A DNA stretch of 64,000 nucleotides from Gordius albopunctatus (lineage: Eukaryota): positions 14,818,001 to 14,882,000 of the forward strand of contig OZ193909.1 of the NCBI GenBank assembly GCA_964276515.1, written 5' to 3'. Shown here one piece after another: positions 39,340 through 53,303 of the stretch. The position numbers were made by a program, and so were the translations under genes. The stretch's first letter is position 1. Each line of letters starts with the position of its first letter. The notes below the pieces were generated by a model that made no database searches, was not told the DNA's origin, and saw only the letters and a list, made by a program, of their open reading frames with translations.

Positions 39340-39595
39340 TCTCACTTTGGCCAGTGGTCATTTTTTCCGTTGGTCACAAGCCAGCAGACGACCAAATAGC
39401 CTATAATTAGAATATAGGAAAAAAATTCGATAAACACTTTGGCCAGTGGTAATTTTTTTAGTGGTCAGCAGACGGCCAAATAGCTAGTCTATACTTATAA
39501 CCTAGAGAAAAAAACTCGATTACAATCACACTTTGGCCAGTGGTTATTTTTTTCATTGGTCAGTAGCTAGCAGATTGCCAAATAGCCTATATTTT
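39340..39595. repeat. Three ~92-bp tandem units (cactttggccagtgg...ggtca...ccaaatagc) inside a dispersed repeat
   Basis: Units start near 39344, 39436 and 39529. A related unit is at ~45870-45915, and 39958-40055 matches 53770-53845. Confidence 0.75.
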
Positions 39596-41164
39596 TAATC
39601 TTATTAAAAACAACAATATAGTATCAATGCAAAATTTAGGTTAATAACAAAAAGAAAAAATAATTCACAAAGCAGCAAATATACAATTAAAATAGTAATT
39701 AATCAAATTAATAATAATTTTGGCCTTTGGCCCGGGGTCAGATAAAGTAGAAGTAAACAACGGTCATCATTAATTTGGCCGGAATTTAGGGAGTTTCGCA
39801 AACATCCGATATATAGCAACAACCTAGACAAGTTGCAAACAGAATTTATGTATAAAGCAGATCAGTCGAGCCAAAAAGGGAATTTGGGCGAGGTCAAAAA
39901 ATTAAAGCCAACCAGCGGTCATAGTGTATTTGCGAAAGAAGAATAAAGGCATTTACAGAAGCATAAGACCACGCCCATTAGAAACTCTTATAAATTTCCA
40001 CGGCAATTATGCAAAAATTATAAGGTAGACAGGACACTCACTCAAGACAAGACAAATTCTAGCTAGTGAGCCAAGAGGCTAGCATTTTTTCCTTAAAATG
40101 CCTGGAGGTGACAAAATTTTTCTCTTGAGGGGGGCGATGGCCCCCTCGGTTCTCCCCTATCTAAACCGCTGACTCTAATAGGCTGTGAAATTTAAAATAA
40201 TATAGTTAGAGTTTCAAAATTTCCTTAAAAAGGCACCCAATTCCATTTCATTGTTTTATAAAATAAATAGTTCAGTAAAGTTTCGTCATTTTTAAATGGA
40301 ACGAGTTTGAATTCCAGTTTCTTTAAAAATTTTATGCGTTTAGATAAAGTGCATTTATTAAATTAAGTTGTTAAATATTTTGTATCATGTGCCCTTTATC
40401 TAGCCAAACTTATATTATTTATAAATGTGTTATTGTCCATAACAGAAACATCCTCTACGAATATATCTAATGGCACGTCCGAGTCTCTAAGACAGTTTTT
40501 GGATTGGGGGGGGCAAACGTTTAAAAGTTCCATTAGGGAGGGGAAAAATATTTTTTTTTTAAATTTTATTTTCAGGTGGTTAACTAAAAAGCCTTTGTAT
40601 ACCTAAAAAATATTAAGATAAAGCTTAAATTAAAGTTTAAGCTGTCAAAGATAAAATTCATACAGTTTTTAATTTATTATAATTCGTATCTAGATCAAAA
40701 TTTTTGTAAGTCCGATCAAACTTTCTGGGAATTATCTTGCTACGAGGGAATCTACAAATATCTTTGATCTATTATTTCTTTATTCTTCCATAACCAATTT
40801 TACCTCGGGGTTTAGTGAATGTCAGTGTCATTCTCCTGTCTTAAAGATTAAAAAACCTTAAAAACTTGTTTAAATCTTAGCAACTCTCTCGCTACTAAGG
40901 GTCAATATGACCCAGAAATTTGAGTCGCTCTAATTTTAAATTATAGGGTGTCAAAGATAAATTAAAATTTAACTAAAATTTTGCTTGAAATTCGAGCCTA
41001 GCCATTAATAAGATAAAAGACAAATTAGTATTTTTGTGTATATACTATTTTTTATCTGCTTAATATAAAATTTAAGTTTTTCTATAATAATAAGGTTGGT
41101 ATTATATATTTAAAGAAAATGACCAAAATAATTTATAGAGCAAAAAAATTTGAGGCGGCTAAAA

Positions 41165-43220
41165 TCCTACATTTAAACTTCGAGATGCCATTTTATCCTT
41201 TCCCATGGATTCTGCAGGATCTCGACGGCATAAAACCAATTTTTTTAAAAGATCTTATAACAATTGATAATAATAACTCCTCCATCTTACTAGACTTACT
41301 CACCAAATTTTGTAACTTAATAGTCAATGGGTGTGTATACCTAAAGAAATAACGCCCATAGTCTTTGGAGCTAAGCTTTTAGCTATTAGGAAGGCCGACA
41401 ATTCAGCCAGGCCTATCGCTATCGACGGTGTCTTTCGAAGAATTATTTCTAAATTAATTCGCTCGGCGATCAAACCCATATTGACCCCTACTTTAATTCC
41501 GCATCAACTAGGCTTTGGGGTCAAAGGAGGGTGCGAGATAGCTACCCATGCCGCACGCTTAGCCCTGGAACACCTCCCACCGGGTGACTTCTTTATAAAA
41601 CTGGATTTTAAAAATGCTTTCAACAGCATTCGCCGCACTGCTTTCATTAATGAATTTATCAAGCTATTTCCCCAATACACATACTACATCATTTTAAGTT
41701 ACGGATGCCCTTCTATTTTGAAATTTGGAGAATTCTTCCTTGAATCCGCAGAAGGGATCCAACAAGGCGATCCTCTAGGCCCCCCTTTATTCTGCTTGGC
41801 CATAAATCACCTAATTAACGAAATTAACAAACATTGTAAACTCACCCTTAATGTCTGGTATCTTGATGACGCCACTCTTGTTGGCACCCCTGACTAGAGG
41901 TCTGCCCACGGGCCGGGCCGGACCTGAAAATGAGCACTAAAAAAAGTGCGGTCCGGGCTTGGGCTTTGATAAGTGAAAAAATTTAAATATATTAAACTCT
42001 ATACTATCATTATAGTATTGACACAAAAAAATGCATTTATTATCTTGATGATAAAAAATTTATTTTTTCTAACAAAAATTTGCTATTTGAACAGTATTAT
42101 TTTGAGGGAAAATTTAATATTATATTTTTCGTTCGTTAAGTAAATTAATTGAATGGATAGAAGGTAGTGTTTGTTTTTAACTTCATTGTTTATTTTTTCC
42201 CTCGCTTTTCAAATTCTTAGATTGCTTAATATTTGTTCCAAGATCTCGTTGACGTTGTTTTAAGTTTTAAGGTAATTCATTAAAAAATTTTATTTTATAA
42301 TTAATTAGTTTTAGCTACACTTCTCCTTCTTATTACAAACTTATAATATCAACATTGCTATTCTTGTTAAAACCATGGTAACACAAACTTTAAATAAATT
42401 AATGCAAGAAGATTCTAACTCTTCTTGCATCAGTCGTCCATCTATGAGCAATTCAGCTCAGGTATGTAGGCAATCAGCTATTGGTGAAGTCGATATGGAT
42501 ATCTCCGTTTGGGAGGACGATGAAAGAGAGCAGATTGAGGAGAGCAATGAATTTGATACTTATTTAAAATTAAATCTTAAACCGATAGATGATGAGCTTG
42601 ATATTATTTCATGGTGGAAAGAACACGGCCTTATCCTACCTAATTTGACAAAGTTAGCTGTACAGTTTTTGGCAATTCCAGCCACAAGCGCTACAAGTGA
42701 ACGCACGTTTAGTAAGAGACTACTACCTGATAGAATAGACAGTTTATTATTTCTAAATGACAATATTGAATTATAATTTTTTTTATTAATATCGTTTTTA
42801 TATGCTATAACAATTTTTTCATACATGCAAAATTGTTTCTATATAAAAAAATTGTTTTGAAAACATTCAAGCTTTTTTCTCGTGCGGGCCTGATGCGGCG
42901 CATTTTTTGTTGTTATTTTGCGGGGCGGGTATGGGTAAAAAAATATATATTTGTGCGGGTATGGGCCGGGCCTGACCCTGAAATTTCGGCCCATGCAGAC
43001 CTCTACCCCTGACAACCTAGCCCAAGCACTAGATGTAATAGATGCTTTTTTCCCCACTCTAAACTTATGTTTAAACGCCTCTAAAAGTGAAATATATTCT
43101 GATTTGGATAATATTCACCCAAAGTTTTTTGACTTTGCAAAAATTAAAAAAGACGATATGTATGTTTTAGGCTCACCTATCGGAGGACCCGAGTGCCTCA
43201 AAAAATTTTTAGACAAAAAT
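41165..43220 (+). mobile_element. Second, diverged CRE-like retrotransposon RT fragment
   Basis: GAKLLAIRK...RPIAI, HQLGFGVKGGCE, KLDFKNAFN, QQGDPLG, WYLDDATL, continuing after the hAT insertion as NLAQALDV...LNASKSEI...LGSPIGG. Collinear with the 5309-8652 element. Confidence 0.88.
41895..43005 (+). mobile_element. Non-autonomous hAT element carrying an open C-terminal dimerisation-domain ORF
   Basis: Perfect TIRs TAGAGGTCTGC / GCAGACCTCTA and perfect TSD cccctgac. ORF 42375-42776 contains WWKEH...PNLTKLAVQFLAIPATSATSERTFS. Confidence 0.93.
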
Positions 43221-44107
43221 GATAGGGGAAAATTGAACATCTTTAGTAATTTTAGCCATAATTTTAATCATTTTCAACTTTGGATTTAGAGAGGACAGCC
43301 GTTCCTCCCTGCCTCCCCCCTTGGGTAAGCCCATACTTCAGATTCGTTGTTTTAAGAAATTGCGAATGTTTTACTACTAGAGAAGAGTATAATAACAAAA
43401 TACTAATAAACTCATCAATATAAATTATAATTTTACAAAGCGTTTTGCACGCTTCATTCATGCATATTTCATTTTAAACTTATTTTAAAATATCTTTTCT
43501 TTTTAAACTAGTATGCTAACTCTAAAGTAGAAATTGATGATTAAATTCAACTAAGAATTAATAACTCTCATGGTTTACTAAATTGATTTTCAAGTCTACT
43601 TTTAGATTAGATAATCATGATTCATGACATAGTCAGCATTATTTTACATGTAGTTAACATCGACAAAGTTATATTTATAAAATTTCGGCCTGTAAATGTG
43701 CTATAAACATGTCGCGCTTGGGTTTGTTTAAAAAATTATGGACTGGGTTGAACCTTTAATGTAACCAAACGGTCTAGGGCCGGGCCTAGCTATACGTAGG
43801 CCCAACTACTGCTAGTAAAAATATGTTATAAATTTTGTACTTTAATGTATAAAAATGATTTGTTTTTATAATTTTATCAACAATAATTTTTCCTCAACAT
43901 TAGACCTGCGATTTTTAATTAATTAGATTCTATTTTTTTCTAATAAGGTTGAAAGTTAAAAAACAACTTAGTAATTTTTGTAAACGCAATTAACCTTTGA
44001 AACAAAGGTCCTGATTAGCACATTCAGAAAAATTGAAAGCAGCTCTTTGCAAATTGCGTGCTTCATAAAAAGATAGCTAACGGAATTGCGTCACAAAATA
44101 TAATTAA

Positions 44108-45730
44108 CCCGACAGGTACCAGACCCAGTTCGGCCGAAAAAATTTTTATGAAATTTTTTTCTGGGCTTTCTTACATGCTAAATAAAGCTAAACAATTGAA
44201 AAATTTCGACAAAATTATTTACTTTGAGAAAAAAGGGGTGTCACCTACATGTTACACTGGGCAGCACAAATATACTCGCGTATAAAGAATTTATTAAATT
44301 TCACAATTATGTATGCAATAAAGATGAGTTTTTTTATAAAATAAATAAAAATTTATTAACTAACAAATAAATGAGTAAAAAATATGTTAATTATTATGAT
44401 ATATTGACCAACAATGTATGTGAAGGCCTACCTTACAATATACACATAAAAATCTAGTAGCTTTATCACAGACGACACAACGCCTCTGAGTACACGATTC
44501 CTTTTGATGTACAGTTATATAATTCTTAAAATTAGTTAATTTAGGGTTTAAAATCCGTTTACGCGGTTGTCCGTATTTTTTAAAATAATTTTGCACTATC
44601 TCTCTTTTGAAATTACATAATGTAATTTTTTCCCTATTGTTGCAATATAGATGCCATGCATTTTGGAATGCAGCATCCAGCCAAAATGCAAATATAGGAA
44701 AATACCATTTTCTGCCGCGAAACGATACTCTAGTTGCATCCATATTTTGGTCAAAGCAGTCGACACCGCCCATAAAACAATTATACATTTTGATCAAATG
44801 AGGATATTGAATTACATTTTTTTTTCTACTTTTTTCGCTTTAGGGATTCTTCCAATAGAGGTGATAGGCTTAACCCCATGACAATTTGACAACATTGTGC
44901 CAATATTATTATCATTCCATCGGACAGCCATCAAATAAGGGTTTTGTTTTTATAAAAACCCTCGTTCTTTTACATTGATGATCGGGGATCTTAAACGATT
45001 GACCGGCACCGTTCCTTTGCCCCCAATATTTATCTTTGAAAGACATGTCATTAAATTGTGGCTCGTAAAAAAATTATCGAAATATCAATATTGTATGGAC
45101 CAAATTCTGGTGGTAGTTGATTTACTAAGTCTAATATGACCGCTCCTCCTAAACTTATTTCGTTTTTTCGATTTACGGAAAATTTAGCCCTCTGGTAAGG
45201 TTATAATGTGACAAGGTAGCCATTTTTTGTTGCAGCACACCACATGTTATAGCCGACATGAAAGGCATGCCTTTTATAAATTGTTTTGCATTGTGGTGCC
45301 CGAAATAAGGAACCATTCACTCATCTATATATATGTGAGAAGAGCTACGTTGTTTAAATTTGTTTGAGCTTTTCATTTAAAAGATCCATATAATCTCGAA
45401 CTTTGAAAAAAGTGTCAAATCTTACCAATTTGCTGTTTATCGGCCAAATTTAAATATTTAGTTATTTCTTGGAAGCGATTCTACGCATTTCATTAGATAC
45501 CATTTGGTTAAAACAGTCAGCTCTGAGCTCCCAAATAAATTTTAATATTTTTAGGAAACAAGTAGCCCGTTAAAAAAAGAATTGAGATATAGACTTAAAT
45601 TCATGAACAGTTATATTGAGATTTTAGTTATGCTGAGAAGCATATAAATTACTCATATTCACCACATACAAAAAAAGAAATTGTTAAGTAATCTTCAGGA
45701 TTTTCCAAGTGGATGGGGTAAAAGGTTAAA
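44108..45730 (-). mobile_element. piggyBac transposon remnant (transposase pseudogene)
   Basis: TTAA|CCC terminus at 44104-44110. ORF 44387-44797 has YN.FMGGVD..DQ, RKWY..IF...D...NAW and the C-terminal Cys-rich domain. Upstream frameshifted DE.MVPYFG (~45310) and DNFFT (~45070). The other end was not identified. Confidence 0.85.
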
Positions 45731-45749
45731 TTAATTTAAAAAAATTTTT

Positions 45750-46192
45750 TTGCCATCGCCGAGATTAAAACCTAAATCAGTAAAGGCATAGACCTTTGTG
45801 GGGGGGCACAGGGTAATTATCAATGTTAGCCAAATAGGAATTAAAAAAATGAAAAAAAATTTCGATTCACAATTTGGCCAATGGTCATTTTTTATTGGTC
45901 AGCAGCCAGCGCACGGGCAAAAAGTCATATTATCAATGGTATTAACAAGAAAAATATATTAATTAAAAAAATAATTTTAAAAAATTGCCCTCGCCGAGAT
46001 TCGAACCCACATCAGTAGGCATAGGCCCTTGTAGCGGGGGCACAGGGTATCGTACTGAGGAGGATGGCTTAATCAAATTCCAAGCAGTCGCAATGGTAAA
46101 CACGACGAAAAAAAGAAACACGTTCGGTGCGGACATGACGGTGCGTGACATAAACAAATGGAAAGTGAGCCCATAAATTGCATAGCAATTAA
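45750..46192. repeat. Dispersed repeat ending GCCCATAAATTGCATAGCAATTAA, containing a duplicated tRNA B-box-like segment
   Basis: The same terminal motif recurs at ~53855-53878 and ~60194-60216. Segment 45751-45813 is an imperfect copy of 45986-46047, which reads GGGTTCGAATCTCGGCGAGGGCA on minus. Confidence 0.55.
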
Positions 46193-48900
46193 TAAGAGTT
46201 GAGCATTTTGTTTACTCAATTAAACATAAACCTGTATGTTGTCTCATGTTTAACCTATATATAGAATGAAATTTATTACAGTGTTGGTAAAGTCGTTTAA
46301 TGGCCAATAAGTCCTACAAAATGGCACAAGGTCAAATTTTTATAGTAATAACAAATTGCGTAATTAATATCATTTATAATCATCCACTAATTCATAATAC
46401 AATATGAATAAATTATTGTCAATTTTTGCGGCCCTATCCCTAAATAACGTAATAGGAGCACTGATTCAGGACCTTGCTAAAACCTCCATAAATGGTGCCG
46501 TAGCCTCATCCAACTATTACTTAATCCTATACCACACAAAAGAGTAATTATTCTTGTTAAAACTATATATGTAGTTTGCAAAATGATTAAGTAACGAATG
46601 AGAGACAATTTATGCAGTTTAGATGAATTGGAGAAATTTTTTATCTTATTCTAAGTTACCTTTTTACTGTATATAACTTTATTCTTTTCGATTGTTTAAC
46701 GACTTAATAATTTCGCCGTAGATCATAACAATATGATTTAAATAAATTTAATAATCATAACAAAATTATCGATGGATATTGTTAAAGATGCCCCCACTGT
46801 CAGATGTTCTTGCCCGTTTTTAAAAAGCTATGTTCGCACCTCAACAAATTTCAAACAAAATGTGGTCAAGTAATCAAAATGTGTATATTAAGTCATCTTA
46901 TAAGACCCTGAATTTATTTGACAATAGGAGATGTGGACATTAGTAAAAATAAGGACAGAAACTATCCACATATTTTTTAAAGCGAAGGATATGAGGCTAA
47001 AAAAGAACCACGTAAGGGATTAAGGCCAGGGGAACGGGAGCTGGTGTAGGTTCCACAGACTAATCCTCAAATACAATTAATCAAATTTAATTAATTTACC
47101 TTAGAAGAGTGGCTTTTACAATGTTTCCATTAAAACTAGGAAGACATTTTAGTTTCCTAAGTTATTTAGCGTCTCGACGTTTTAAAATGGTTTTGCAGCT
47201 AACCAGTTTTGACATAATACTTGAAAAGAAGTTTTAAAACTCTTTTTACATTTTTACCACATAAAACTTCTTTTTAAACTATTTTCAAATTGTCTCCCCA
47301 TATTGATAAGGTGGAATGCATGACTAACAGCTCCCTTTGTGAAAATATAGAATTGCTGCCTATTGTATTTCTCTATCAAGATGGACTTGAAGTTTGGCAC
47401 CACGAAGGATTCGAAAGTTATAGTAAGTTATAAACAATTGAGCCCATTGGTACAAAAATTCTTGTCAAATTTTGAAACTGATTTCATGGATCAAGCTTAA
47501 ATATCAATGTCATTTTCTTAAGAATACTTTATAGTTCTAGACTGCCTCGAAAAAAAATTAACCATATCTATAATGCACATAATTGATAATAAGGTGCTTA
47601 TGATGGCGAAGCTTTGAAACTTATATATATGGGCCTCGTCCCTTTTCAAATGTTTTATTTTCTAAGCGACTCGATTTTGATTGTATCAATTCCGACCTAA
47701 GTCTAATGTAGAGAACTGCAAAGTCACTTTTTTGAACCCGACCCGACACGAAATTTTTTAAAATCTTTAACCTAATCTCTTCCGAACGTGTTTTAAATTT
47801 TAGTAAGAAAAATTGCGGTGTGAATGGGCGTGGCCAGGGGGTGGCAGGGACGGTCGGCTGCCCTCCTCTAAATCCAAAAAATCTTAGATATTTTATCAAA
47901 TAATGGTTAAAATTTAAAAAAATGGTTATTTTTCCCTACCTTAATCATTATTACCCCCCTCTAATTTCAATCCTGGCTGTTTAAAATTTCATCGACAAAT
48001 TAAAGTGCTATTTATGAAATTAATTGATACCACATCTAGTCTGAATGACATAATTAAGCTAGAGCGTTTTATTAGCCTGGTGCTTAATTATAAAAACTTG
48101 TATTTAAAACTTATGGGTATTTACAAGTCTCCCTATCTTTTCATTTACGACATTACCTCTTAGATAAATAAAATGAACGCTATTTTAATAAAAGGAGTCA
48201 ATGAAAACATTAACCAGAAATAGGATTTTTGTGGGGAACACGTATATAATTTAGATTATGTTATATACGTCAACTTTTAGTTGCGAGAATAAACATTTTG
48301 CCCTTTTTTGGCGGTGTACACTGCGAAAATAAAGCATCTTTGTAGTAAAATAAACAACCTAAGGTTAAAACTGAAAAAAAACTTTCATTGTTTTCCCTTG
48401 ATTCGTTTTAATTTATTTTAAAACTTAATTATGCTTACGCCTTATAATTTATATTAACAAATCCCACTGATATTTGATCCCTATCGGCTATATGCATATA
48501 AAATGAGGGTAAACGAAACTCTCTATATGTGGAGGTTGTTTAATGAAGTTTAGTTACTACTCTCACCACACTCCCTCTCTACTCTATTTGCATTTATCTA
48601 ACTCTCCTTCTGGTTCCTAACATTTTTTTGCAATTCTATATGCCAAAATTTGGATTATTAATTTAGGCTTAGGCAGGGGAAAATGGATTTCCATAATTAA
48701 TAACAAAATGCGACTCTGAAACGCTAAGTACTAATTAAACAACTGGACAGTGGACATCATAATAAAACATAGTGGCAAAAGAGTAGAAATAGCTTATATA
48801 AGGGTTGAATATATGAGGCACTTGAATTCAAGGAAAATGCTTGAAAGAGAATTGATGAATATATGGATGGACACTTCAATGCGGTCTGCAGTGAGATAGC

Positions 48901-49103
48901 TATAGTTGTTAAATTGCTAACTTTCTTCAAACTCCAGACGCGAGCACGCACACTGAGTTGCTTAACATGCGCGTTAGCACAATATGTGCTCTCTGTTCGA
49001 TGCACTAGGTAGAACATTAGCATATAAAATTGCTCGAAGACCGAGCAGAAACTCGAGCAGATGGTAGCTGGAGTTGAAGAAAGTTAGCAATTTAACAACT
49101 CTA
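48901..49103. mobile_element. hAT MITE (TAGAGTTGTTA family), inverted relative to the 15497 copy
   Basis: Long TIRs, perfect TSD gagatagc (48893-48900, 49104-49111). Confidence 0.93.
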
Positions 49104-50577
49104 GAGATAGCTATTAGGTCTGGTTTACTCAATGAATTGGCTAGATATGGGGGCAGGAGTGGAAGAGAGGGATAAAGGGAGACAATGATGTGTTAGTAAA
49201 CATCGCAAATGCAGTTTATATTCTAATGTGCATCGTTTTTCAGATTTTATAAGGGGTTCACGTAGACGCGAATAAATTCAAATATAGAGTTGAAACAAAA
49301 ACTAAAATAATGGACCTATAGATAAAACTTTATTATACAGAATTATATTAATCAATATAAATTAAAAATGCCATGGGAATATAAACTCAAAAGGTAAAAC
49401 TTTTTCACCTTTAACCTCGTTTATCTGTAAACCTGGAGGTTGGAAAAAACTAAAAGGATATTAATGTTCAGCACAAAATTGTCTATCAGTTTTATAGGTG
49501 GTTTTTTTGTAGACCTGTGTTATTATTATAAAGGAAAAGGATATTATTTAAATTTTGGTAGAAATATAAGGATCAAATTTTACATGCCTACCACGTAGCT
49601 AAAAGATTGTTAAAATTTAAGTAACAAAAATTGAAGCCAAGATGGTATCAATTAAACCAGATTTCATGAGGGAACAGGAACATCTAGAAGATGCTAAAAT
49701 AGATGTCCTGAATTCACATAGATACTGAGCCAATTGATCAAGGAACAGAAAGGAAATTGACGGATTTGACAGCTTCTAAAATGTTTGTATGGGCACAATA
49801 GCAACCTCGGAGGCCGATTAAAGTTCGGAATAAAGTAGAATTTAGCCGAGTTAGTTGGTTCACTAATGCGGAAGTTGTTATGGGTATACTAAAGCAGGAA
49901 GCAGTGGGGCTAATTAACATATCTAAAAAGTATTCACAATTTGGAAGATATAGGAGTTCAAGTCTAACAACATCTTGAAAATGGGAGGAGGGGGTAGAGA
50001 TATAACTATATTTAGTACCAATAATCTACATCAGTAATATCTAGTACTTTAATAACAATAAACGAATAATGCGTATGCGTACGACCCTTAATTTGAGAAA
50101 AGTGATGAAAAACAGCTTTGTTTTTCCGTAGGGAAGGTCAAAAATACCTTATATATTGTTTAATTATTAATATAAAAGGTAAAAGGAAGAACTACACATA
50201 TAATTCGTTATTTTCGAAAAAGCGTTTGATAAAGTGATTAGAATGTGGTGATTCGTAACATCAACCATAACATCGTACTGATTCCAGTGATCGGGATTAA
50301 CTCTTATGCCAATATCTTGTTTTAAATGTTCGTCATTGGTGGGACCTACAGTGTTCCATTTGGTCCATTGACTTTATTTTTCTATAAATTATTCATTAGT
50401 AATGCCACTCCATAGTTCAAGACTATGGACCATAAGACTTATACTGGAGTCAATCACGACGGTGAATGTAAATGATGATTTAAATATCAAGAGTAAGTGA
50501 GTAAAAATAATAATGTTAATATAAGGAAAGGAACAACCTAGGCACAAGGTCTAGACAAAGAGCGAATAGATCAGATG

Positions 50578-50756
50578 CATGGGCGTAGCCAAGGGGGGGG
50601 GCAGGGAGGGGCGGTTGCCCCCTCTAAATCCAAAATATTGCTGAAATTCATTAAAATTATGCCTAAAATTTCAAAAAATGTTCATTTTGCCCCTCCTTAA
50701 ACCTCGCTAGATCATCATTGCCCCCCCCTCTAATTCCAAAGCTGACTACGCCCATG
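50578..50756. mobile_element. CATGGGCGTAG-family MITE
   Basis: catgggcgtagcc ... gactacgcccatg, TSD atcagatg/ataagatg. Confidence 0.88.
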
Positions 50757-53303
50757 ATAAGATGGTATTGTTAGGCATAGTAATATATGGCTGGGACCAA
50801 AAAATTTTTAAGACCTACGATATACCGAAAGAAAGCGGCAATAAGAAATATTTACATAAGCCATCCCAGCTATTATATTAGCATGTGGTTGATACCTAAT
50901 AATCATAATTTTTATCATAGTTGCCTTTCCTTAATCGTTTCATTTCTAACCTAGCAACAATTTGATAGTTAATTCAAAATTTTAAACATCTCAACTTCCT
51001 AGGTTGAATAATTCATAATAGTTTAAGAAAATCTTACTTAGAATATTTATATAGTAACCTTTTTTTAAAGGCAACGAAGTATTAAACAAGTGCGCCTAAA
51101 TAAATTGGTTTGTTCGTAACATTATTGAATGTTGGTTTAGATAGTATTACATTCAAAGTAAAAAAGCATAACAAATTGTTTTTACACATTGTATTGAATG
51201 TTAATGTAACTTTATTGATTTTATTTATTATATAGGGTCCTACGTGGAAATCTTAAAGGATCTTAATGTTATACCGACTTGAAAAATTGGGATTTATTAT
51301 GAGATTGGAGTCATTAAGAGTTATAAATATATATCTTTATTGAAGCATAAATATACCTGTGTAATTTTTATTCATTTCCAATAATGATTGTTTTAGAGAG
51401 TGAAAGTTAATACAAATAATAGGTATTATTCTATCTATTTGCCAAATACAATTACTAATTTTTATGTTGGTGTAATATGAAATTTGATTTAAATCAAATA
51501 ATAAGTAGAACAGTGTATATATTAATTATTAAATGAATACTTGTGAACATGAAGTGCAGGCAATAACGATTTTTTAAGTCCAAAAAACTCATTTCTACTT
51601 TATATAAATTAAAGTCCTAGGGTTTGATAAGTGACTAGCTCAGAGAAATTTTCATGCCCGTCTTAGCGCGATTTGCAGACCAGTCTATGCCGTGCAAAAT
51701 AAATATAAAATAAATTGAATAAGGTAAGCCGGGTCCGGCTTATTCTTCTTTCGAGGAATCCTAGTCGGGCACAATGTCTCTAAAAACCACTCATCGCGTA
51801 TTTCTCAATTAAATATTGGTTTAACATATTTTGAGTTCGGACTGTAAATTTGCTATGATGCTGATGTTAAAATTTTTCAAACATTTTATACACATTAAAC
51901 AATTTGCACGCAACGCGCAAATAACGACCTAGTTAATTTTAAAAATGGGTGAAACAAAAATAAATAATCTAGCTTCGCTTATCTTTCCTAATTAGTGGCC
52001 TATGATTTTGGCATTCATATATGCTTTTATACACTCACGTTCTAAGAAGTTCTACAGGCCTTTTTTAGGGGGAGTACTAGTGAACTAGTGAAAGTGCTAA
52101 ACTTAATCAACACAACAATAAGTTTTCGGTTTCCTCAAAATTAAAATTCACGAGTCAACAAATTCCTTCCGACTTGGAAAGACAGGATATCAAAAGTCCC
52201 TATCTCCAAATAAACTAAAATTTGTTTACAACAAATATACAGCATGTCAACCAAGCTATGGCGTCCCCCCCCCTCCCCAAATGAAACCCCCATCCATTCT
52301 ACGAAATGTGTGGGAAATAAACGAAGGTTACCGCTATCACAACAAAGGAACGCGGCTCAAATTTTCAATTTGTGGAGAATAAAGTTTGGGCTTAGGGAAT
52401 ATTGGTAAAGTGAGCCGACTTATAAGGTTGGCAAAATTTTGATAGCGTTTGTAATCAATAGACCAAGTGGAAAAGCAATTCAAAATGCATGGGGGGTGAT
52501 GGCTAAGGGTTAGACTGCTCATGGCATATGTTTTATATGGTAAAATCATTTAATCCCCCATTTTAAATTTGACAATCTCCCAAATCTTTCTGCGGTGTCC
52601 TCCATTGTTCAAACAGAAAAGGTGAATTTACCTTCATCATTAGTTAATAAATAAAAAGGAATGTGAATAAATGATTTAATAAGATAGATGGCACCGAATC
52701 GCTCTAGCATCACATCACAATATTTTTATTTTTAGGAATTGTATAATTATTTATATATATTTTAAAAAGCTGTTTTTAATGTTTAACTAGTTCAATAATC
52801 TTTTCATTACGTTTTACTTTAATTAACCAAAATCATCATAGTTGATATTACCCTTACAACTTTGTGGACTTTTAAAAATGGCGGAAATACTATTCTATTA
52901 TTGGAGCAGAAACATTGGAAAAGTGCTATATTGTGCTGTCGGAGGAATTTAAAAAGGCGTCGACGACATAAAAAGGATCATTTATATTATAATCTACTAA
53001 GAAAATATCACACCGCTTTTTTATAACCAGAGTGATAAATTTTAAAACTTTAAGTTTAACTTATGACTCGTCTACACCATTAGCCTATCCTTTATTTTAA
53101 TTACAATTTGGTAGATAATATATTAATTTCATTAAATCACAAATATTTGCCTCTTTAACAGGAACTTTATTAATAATCATTCACTTAAACATATTTAAAA
53201 GGCCATTCAAGGCTAGGCCCATTTAGAGCTTGTATAAAGACAATTTTTAATAAATGTAAGAATTTATTTTTATGCCCAAAATTTCCTAAAATGCCGTTGT
53301 AGG

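Noticed and set aside
39340..39595. CRISPR-like spaced repeats
   Set aside because: Whole ~92-bp units are degenerate tandem copies with related intervening sequence, there are no cas genes, and the context is eukaryotic.
45985..46047. tRNA gene on minus (GGTTCGAATC B-box)
   Set aside because: No A-box/D-arm or cloverleaf could be built; it is embedded and duplicated within a repeat.
46420..47050. Possible Gypsy remnant (CPHCQ integrase-like finger; SAPI-like piece on the opposite strand)
   Set aside because: The fragments are too short, on inconsistent strands and without LTRs.
49600..50900. Possible decayed retroelement (EKAFDKV at ~50216)
   Set aside because: Only an isolated motif; boundaries and frame cannot be supported.
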